Source: a virus (lineage: Duplodnaviria > Caudoviricetes). From it: a DNA stretch of 64,000 nucleotides. A model generated the notes under the pieces. It searched no databases and had not been told where the DNA came from. It saw only the letters and a list, made by a program, of their open reading frames with translations. The position numbers and the translations under genes were made by a program. The stretch covers positions 92,855-156,854 of IMG/VR virus record IMGVR_UViG_3300029305_004322, one strand, 5' to 3'. This document shows, one piece after another, positions 57,815 to 64,000 of the stretch. Each line of letters starts with the position of its first letter. Position 1 is the first letter of the stretch.

Positions 57815-59011
57815 ATGGCTCAAGGTCTCTTTATAGGCAGTGGAAATGTAGCTAAAAAGGCTAGAAATGCTTACATTGGTGTTAATGGAGTTGCTAAGAA
57901 AATTAAAAAGATCTATATTGGTGATGCTAATGGTATTGCTAGAACAGTGTATTTTAATCCTGTAACTTTAGAATCTGTAAATGCAACTGTTGAAAACTTA
58001 AGTTTCCCTTCAGGTTATTCTCAACGTCAAAAAATGTATGCAGGTACAACTAGTGATAAAAATCATGCATTTTTTATGGGCGGACAAATAGGTTCTAACA
58101 GTAGTTATCATGCAATTTACACAGATATAGCTGATGTTTATAACTCTAGTTTAACAAAAGTTACATTATCTGCAAACATTGGTAAGAATAGTGCTCGTGG
58201 TGTTACTAATTTAGGAAACAATGCAGTAATATTTGGTGGACTTAAGTCAACTTATAACACTGCAAACGTAGAATCTGGCTCAGTTACTATGACAGATATC
58301 CATACACTGAACAATAGCTTAACATTTACATTAGCAGCTAATTTACCAACTGGTTTTTCAAATATATTAGTTGAAAGAATTAACAATGACTACGCAGTTT
58401 TTTGTGGTAATAGCTCTGGTGATGTTTATAGTATCAATAGTAGTTTAACTGTTAGTAAGCTAAGCAATATTAATGAATCTATGCTTCCTATTGATGACAC
58501 TTCTAGTTACATTGATAACTCTTATGCAATCTTTTGTGGAGGTACTAATCTAGAAGTTTATAACAGTTCTGGTACAAAAGTAAGTACAAGTGCCAAATTA
58601 TCAACATCTCGCTTTTATGTTGCAGGTGCATCAACAGGTAACCATGCTTTATTTGCTGGTGGTAACCCTACTTATACTAGTTTGGACGTAGTTGATATTG
58701 TTAGCAAGGATTTAGTGGTTACAACAACTAAATTATCAAAAGCATTACAAAAATTGGCTGGATTTAGTAGCTCAAATGGTTCTGCATATTTTATGGGTGG
58801 TGAAGTATATACTTACAATCCTACTATTATTACACCATCTAATACAATTGAATCATTTGACAGTAGTTTAGTTCGAAAATTAGAACCAGTAACATTAAAT
58901 ACCACTCAAGAAATACCTTTTGTTTTTGAGCTTGGCAACTATATAATTGTAACAGGTGGTATAAAAAATAATGCCCCTGTTCCTACAATTCAAGTATTTA
59001 AACAAGTTTAA
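57815..59011 (+). CDS. Kelch-like beta-propeller receptor-binding protein
   Basis: Repeated A.F.GG...D.Y.S.L blades; YIGVNGVAKKIKKIYIG N-terminus. Confidence 0.7.
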   Translation: MAQGLFIGSGNVAKKARNAYIGVNGVAKKIKKIYIGDANGIARTVYFNPVTLESVNATVENLSFPSGYSQRQKMYAGTTSDKNHAFFMGGQIGSNSSYHAIYTDIADVYNSSLTKVTLSANIGKNSARGVTNLGNNAVIFGGLKSTYNTANVESGSVTMTDIHTLNNSLTFTLAANLPTGFSNILVERINNDYAVFCGNSSGDVYSINSSLTVSKLSNINESMLPIDDTSSYIDNSYAIFCGGTNLEVYNSSGTKVSTSAKLSTSRFYVAGASTGNHALFAGGNPTYTSLDVVDIVSKDLVVTTTKLSKALQKLAGFSSSNGSAYFMGGEVYTYNPTIITPSNTIESFDSSLVRKLEPVTLNTTQEIPFVFELGNYIIVTGGIKNNAPVPTIQVFKQV

Positions 59012-59071
59012 ACTTATAAAATTTTTCAAAACAATATAAAAAAGTAAACTTTTCAAGGAGGAAAAGGTAAA

Positions 59072-59431
59072 ATGGCAAAATACCAGATTTGGGATAAAAA
59101 GTCAAATATTTACACACCTGTTGGTGAAGAATTAACTGCTGAACAATGGATGTCTCGTTATGGCTGGGTTAGAATTCCTGCTGTTAAGATGGTTGTTGCT
59201 GGTGGTATTATTAACGGTGCATTTGTAGCAGAGTTTAGTTCTTTTGTAGATACTTATAGAAAGATGGGTGTAGATTTCTCTGCTTGTGTAGAAGATCAAG
59301 ACTATCTTGATGCTATCGAAGCTTATGAGGATGCTCCTGTTGTAAGCACTGGTGAATCTACTGCAGAGGAACGTATTGCTGCTGCTCTTGAGTATCAGAT
59401 TCTTAATGACATGATGAAAGAGGAGGCTTAA
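59072..59431 (+). CDS. Fibre-associated small protein
   Basis: TAEERIAAALE C-terminus; precedes an XkdX-like gene. Confidence 0.65.
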   Translation: MAKYQIWDKKSNIYTPVGEELTAEQWMSRYGWVRIPAVKMVVAGGIINGAFVAEFSSFVDTYRKMGVDFSACVEDQDYLDAIEAYEDAPVVSTGESTAEERIAAALEYQILNDMMKEEA

Positions 59432-59435
59432 GATT

Positions 59436-59576
59436 ATGGTTGACATTCGTCGTATTAAGAAAAACTATGAGAATTGTATGGTTGGTTGGACTGAAGAATT
59501 TATCAGAAAAATGGTAGTTAAGGGTCTTATCACTGCTGACCAGTTCAAGGAAATTACTGGTAAAGATTACGAGTAA
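59436..59576 (+). CDS. XkdX-family small protein (46 aa)
   Basis: Translated by hand: MVDIRRIKKNYENCMVGWTEEFIRKMVVKGLITADQFKEITGKDYE. Confidence 0.75.
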   Translation: MVDIRRIKKNYENCMVGWTEEFIRKMVVKGLITADQFKEITGKDYE

Positions 59577-59593
59577 GAAAGTTTAAAATAAAA

Positions 59594-59624
59594 ATAGGAT
59601 AAAGGGAGAAATCCCTTTATCCTA
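59594..59624. terminator. Terminator between convergent fibre genes
   Basis: ATAGGATAAAGGGA / TCCCTTTATCCTAT. Confidence 0.75.
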
Positions 59625-59726
59625 TATAATTTTTAAAATTGTTGTTTGTAAGTTTTAAAAACTAACAGACAAATATAGACTTTTTGATTCTACAAATTAG
59701 ATTTTTTTTCACTGTATATTTTATAC

Positions 59727-62700
59727 TTATGAGTTAAGTAATGTCTGTACCGCATCGGCCAAATATTCAATTGCTTTTGCAACGTTAATATGAGTTGCGG
59801 TTTTTAACTCTTGTCCATTAGAACTTACACTTCCAAGCAATGCAGTATCTGGAAGTTTGTTCAAAATGGCACTACTGCTAGTTACATTAACATAGAAATT
59901 GTTACTCGTTCTCCATGTACCAGTAAGAGCCATATAATCTTTATTTGCAGCAGTGATACTACCGACTGAGCTTACTCCATTTTTCCAATAAATAGAGTCT
60001 GGTGCTATAGCTACATTTAAATTATTTGAGGATTTATTTAAAGTAAGCATACTACCATTTAAATTAGATGCTCCAGAAGCACTTATTAAAGAAATATTAC
60101 CTCCATCGCATAAAATATCACCACAGCATAAGATGTCATTAGCTTTAACAAGTCCACTACTAGTGACATAGAAATTACATTTAGTAGTATTACCTGCAGC
60201 ATCTTCATTTAATGATGCATCTGAATCACTCTTACCACTAAATAATACAATAGGAGAACTTCCACTTTTTGTTGTAGTTATACTATATGTGCTAGAGTTA
60301 ATGTTTAAACTAATACTACTGTAACCATTGAAATTGTTATTTGTTCCCACTCCCCAAGATGCAACTGCTAGCGTTGCACTATTTGCAATACCATACTCAT
60401 TACTAATGGTTACAGGACCGATGCCACCACTTGTTGCAGTAATTACACCAGAAATTTCTGCATTACTAGCTTTTAAAACACCATCAGATGTAATTTGAGC
60501 GTATTTTGTACCTCTAGTATCACCTATGGTTAAAGCACCGCCTGTGATATCTACATTATTCGCAATTAATCTACCAGAAGATGCTTCTATCGTAACACCT
60601 GGATAAGAAATACTGCCATTGTTATTGACTAGTGGGTGGCCAACGGCTATGCCATCAGGGCCAATATATACGCCTTCCACAGTGGTACAGTCAATACTAG
60701 ATTTTGTCTGGTTAGTAGTTAATTTGTTATCATTTAATATAAAGCCACCGATCTTACCCTTTGTAGCAGTAATATCATTTGTAGTAACCTTACCAATAAT
60801 TTCTGCATTATTTGCAATCAATTTACCTGTAGATGCATCTAATGTAATACTAGAATCTATGTCAGCACCTACACAGATACCGTCTGTACCGATATAAACA
60901 CCTGATTCATCAATTGCAGTAAGTGAATTTTTATATTCATTGGTATAAAGTTTAGTACCAGATATTGTAAATCCAGCAATACTACCACCATCTGCTTCTA
61001 TATGAGTTACATCAATTTCGCCTGCATTAATTTTATCGGCAGTAATATTACTTGCTTCAATAGCAATTGCATTGATAGCAGTTGCGTCAATTTTTTCAGC
61101 AGTAATAGCACCTGCCTTAATCTTATCAGCAGTTACAGCATCAGCAGTAATCTTTTCAGCAGTAATAGCACCTGCCTTAATCTTATCAGCAGTTACAGCA
61201 TCAGCAGTAATCTTTTCAGCAGTAATAGCACCTGCGTCTATCTTTCCAGCAGTAATAGCTCCTGCAGCAATCGCATCTGCATCAACAGCACCTGCCTTAA
61301 TCTTATCAGCAGTTACAGCATCAGCAGCAATAGCATTAGCATTAACAATACCTGCAGCAAGCGTACCACTAAATGTACCACTAGTTGCATGAATTTCGCC
61401 TTTAATAATAGCATTGTTTGCTTCAAGAAGTCCATTTTTGGATATCTTTATAAGACTATCGCCTGATCCCCACTCGTTGGTTTTATTCAATAATACGTAG
61501 TTACTACCGTCAGTAGTATAAGTAGTAGTAGTATGTGTTTTACCATTGGAATCTTTGTAAGTTGATGTTGTCGTAGTAATTCCTGTTGTAGTATCAGTAG
61601 TTTGAGTTGTTGTTACGTCACCATTATACGCAACATTCAATGTACCCAACTTAGCATTTAAATCGTTGGTTTTGAGATAAGCAGATAGATCTCCAGATTT
61701 TGTTGCATAATTTGCTAACTGATTTGATAAAGTTGTGTTAGTAACATAACTACTTAAATCAGGATTTCCAGTTAAATCACTATATTTACCACTAGTTGCA
61801 ACTGTAGATAATCCGCTAACATTACTTGTAGGAACCTTTACATCAGACCCTAATGTTAAAGAAGTAGCAGTAATCTTACCAGAAATATCAGCACCAGTAG
61901 CAGTTAATTTACCAGCAGATGTAATTTGAGCTGAAGTAGTAGAACCACCAATGGACAAAGAACCACCACTAATGGTAGCACCTGTAATGGTAGAACCTGA
62001 TGTAATATCACCCTTAAATTCACCGTCAGTAGCGTGAATAGTACCAGTAAATTCACCACTTGTTGCAGTAACCTTACCTTTAAATTCACCATCAGTAGCA
62101 TAGACTTTACCTCTAAATTCACCACTTGTTGCTTCAACTTCACCAGTAAATTTACCATCAGTAGCATATACGGTACCATAGACAATAGCATTCTTAGCAG
62201 TTAATAAACCATCTGAAGAAATTTTAGTATAACTCTTTGAACCATTTGTTGTATCTGTACCTAAACCAATATCAGTTAAAACAAACCTACCATTGGTAAT
62301 ACTAGTATATTCCTTAGTACCAACAGTAATTTTCTGAGTGGTAATACCATTTTCATCTACTTCGTCACTAATTACAACACTGTCTGCAGTTAAAACATTA
62401 GCTGGTATTACCACTTCGCCAGACCCACTAATATCTTCTAACTTTGCGTAGCTTCCCAATTTAGCAGTTAATGCTGCATCAGTAACATAATTGTTCAAAC
62501 CAGGAATATTCTTGGTGGGTATAGAAACACCAGATCCTAAATTTAACGTAGTAGCATTAATCACGCCAGTAATATTTGCGCCTTTAGCAGTTAAAACACC
62601 ATCAGATGAAACTTGAGCTGAAGTCGTACCATCAGAACTAGTGATAGATAAAGAACCACCTTCAATAGTAGAGCCTTTAATAGTGGATGCTTCAACAGTG

Positions 62701-64000
62701 CCAGAAAATTCACCATCGGTAGCATAGACAGTGCCATAAACAACTGCATTTCTAGCAGTCAATAAACCTTCCTTGCTAACGCAAATATAGTTTTGTCCAT
62801 CACTATCTGTACCCTTACTTCTACCGAAAACCATATAGTCGTCTGCATCATAGGTTGAATACGTAACGTTTCCATTAGAAGTAGGTACTGTAGTTTCAAC
62901 ATACGAAACACCATCGCTATCTGTTTTTTGAGTTTGAGTAATGTCACCTTTATAGACAATGTTAGAATCATCAAATCCAAGGTCACTAACAGATTTTGGG
63001 AGGTCTGCTTTTTTCGCATAATTGTTTAAACTACTTGTTGTTGCATAGTTGTTAATGCCATCGATCTTACTAGTAGAAATCTTAACATCGTTTCCTAAAG
63101 TTAACGAATTAGCTACGATATCACCAGTAAATCTACCTTCATTAGCATATACGGTACCATAAACAAGTGCGTTCTTAGCAGTTAACAGACCGTCTTTAGA
63201 AATTTTAGTGTAGCTCTTTGATCCGTCATCAGTATTTTCACCTAAACCAACGTCAGTTATAATAAAATTACCATCATCACTACTAATAGTGGTAAATATT
63301 GTATCTCCAACTTTAACTTTTTTAGTAGTAACACCGTTTTCAGTAGTTTCACTGATGACTTCAACACTATCTGATGTTAAAATATTGCTTGGAATTACTA
63401 CTTCACCAGATCCGCTAATGTCACTTAACTTTGCATATTGATCAATACCATCAATATCACTAGTAGAAATCTTAACACCAGATCCTAATGTTAATTCGGT
63501 AGCTGTAACTTTACCTCTAAATTCACCATCAGTAGCTCTTACAGTACCAGAAAATTCACCGCCAGTAGCATATACAGTACCATGGATAATTGCATTGTTA
63601 GCAGTAAGTAATCCTTCTTTAGAAATCTTAGTATAAGTACCATCTTCTTGACCTAAACCTACATTAGTTAAAACGAAGTCACCACCAATGATACTTGTAT
63701 ATTCCTTATCACCAACAGTAATTGTCTGAGTTTTGATACCATTTTCATCTACTTCTTCACTAATTTCTACCTTATCTGCAGTTATAACATTACTTGGAAT
63801 TACTACTTCACCAGATCCGCTAATGTCACTTAACTTTGCATATTGATCAATACCATCAATATCACTAGTAGAAATCTTAACACCAGATCCTAATGTTAAC
63901 TCAGTAGCATGGACTTTACCTCTAAATTCACCACTTGTTGCTTCAACTTCACCAGTAAATTTACCATCAGTAGCATATACAGTACCATGGATAATTGCAT
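59727..64000 (-). CDS. Large tail fibre/spike protein, C-terminal part (start lies beyond the window)
   Basis: The frame stays open upstream of 62834 where checked and is in phase at the window edge; repeated GLLTA.NA...GTVYATDG.F.G blocks. Confidence 0.8.
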   Translation of the reverse strand, partial: AIIHGTVYATDGKFTGEVEATSGEFRGKVHATELTLGSGVKISTSDIDGIDQYAKLSDISGSGEVVIPSNVITADKVEISEEVDENGIKTQTITVGDKEYTSIIGGDFVLTNVGLGQEDGTYTKISKEGLLTANNAIIHGTVYATGGEFSGTVRATDGEFRGKVTATELTLGSGVKISTSDIDGIDQYAKLSDISGSGEVVIPSNILTSDSVEVISETTENGVTTKKVKVGDTIFTTISSDDGNFIITDVGLGENTDDGSKSYTKISKDGLLTAKNALVYGTVYANEGRFTGDIVANSLTLGNDVKISTSKIDGINNYATTSSLNNYAKKADLPKSVSDLGFDDSNIVYKGDITQTQKTDSDGVSYVETTVPTSNGNVTYSTYDADDYMVFGRSKGTDSDGQNYICVSKEGLLTARNAVVYGTVYATDGEFSGTVEASTIKGSTIEGGSLSITSSDGTTSAQVSSDGVLTAKGANITGVINATTLNLGSGVSIPTKNIPGLNNYVTDAALTAKLGSYAKLEDISGSGEVVIPANVLTADSVVISDEVDENGITTQKITVGTKEYTSITNGRFVLTDIGLGTDTTNGSKSYTKISSDGLLTAKNAIVYGTVYATDGKFTGEVEATSGEFRGKVYATDGEFKGKVTATSGEFTGTIHATDGEFKGDITSGSTITGATISGGSLSIGGSTTSAQITSAGKLTATGADISGKITATSLTLGSDVKVPTSNVSGLSTVATSGKYSDLTGNPDLSSYVTNTTLSNQLANYATKSGDLSAYLKTNDLNAKLGTLNVAYNGDVTTTQTTDTTTGITTTTSTYKDSNGKTHTTTTYTTDGSNYVLLNKTNEWGSGDSLIKISKNGLLEANNAIIKGEIHATSGTFSGTLAAGIVNANAIAADAVTADKIKAGAVDADAIAAGAITAGKIDAGAITAEKITADAVTADKIKAGAITAEKITADAVTADKIKAGAITAEKIDATAINAIAIEASNITADKINAGEIDVTHIEADGGSIAGFTISGTKLYTNEYKNSLTAIDESGVYIGTDGICVGADIDSSITLDASTGKLIANNAEIIGKVTTNDITATKGKIGGFILNDNKLTTNQTKSSIDCTTVEGVYIGPDGIAVGHPLVNNNGSISYPGVTIEASSGRLIANNVDITGGALTIGDTRGTKYAQITSDGVLKASNAEISGVITATSGGIGPVTISNEYGIANSATLAVASWGVGTNNNFNGYSSISLNINSSTYSITTTKSGSSPIVLFSGKSDSDASLNEDAAGNTTKCNFYVTSSGLVKANDILCCGDILCDGGNISLISASGASNLNGSMLTLNKSSNNLNVAIAPDSIYWKNGVSSVGSITAANKDYMALTGTWRTSNNFYVNVTSSSAILNKLPDTALLGSVSSNGQELKTATHINVAKAIEYLADAVQTLLNS
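61085..61335 (-). repeat. 30/60-nt tandem repeats encoding AITAEKI/AVTADKI
   Basis: Near-perfect 60-nt copies visible at 61093-61230. Confidence 0.85.

Noticed and set aside
62759-63019. ORF 62759..63019 and the 62834 start of the last gene
   Set aside because: The main frame continues upstream toward the window edge; the short ORF is an alternative-frame overlap.
39369-64000. CRISPR-like arrays among the repeats
   Set aside because: All repeats are in-frame coding repeats without constant repeat and unique spacer structure.
1-64000. tRNA or rRNA genes
   Set aside because: No cloverleaf or rRNA-like sequence recognised in the intergenic gaps by eye; tRNAscan-SE would confirm.

Overview
An AT-rich segment of a jumbo myophage genome, probably infecting a Firmicutes (Clostridia-like) host and probably related to the AR9/PBS1 group, as inferred from promoter motifs. 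1-3.5 kb: tail sheath 5' end, three conserved hypotheticals (one resembling an RNA polymerase beta' C-terminal fragment) and a GroES. 3.6-19 kb: accessory region with a Dps fusion, an ankyrin protein, a solo HicA, a pncA-HD-pncB NAD-salvage operon, seven Trp-repeat paralogs sharing an N-terminal LTKxQIFDLxFKW motif, three unrelated proteins sharing a 19-aa leader ending FLNE, a metallophosphoesterase and a sigma4/alpha-CTD fusion. 19-26.6 kb: head module. The major capsid gene contains one group I intron and the T4 gp21-like prohead protease gene contains two; there are two EDxHD/Vsr-like homing endonucleases, one intronic and one free-standing. 26.7-64 kb: a very large fibre/adhesin cassette (Mtd-N domains, CotH-like kinase, LRR, SGNH esterase, Cys/His repeats, beta-propeller). 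Main leads: a PncA/PncB NAD-reconstitution route, a putative capsid-targeting leader family, the Trp-repeat array, and Shine-Dalgarno sites separated from the start codon by a long hairpin in both the capsid and sheath genes. All family assignments come from motif recognition by eye; no database searches were run.
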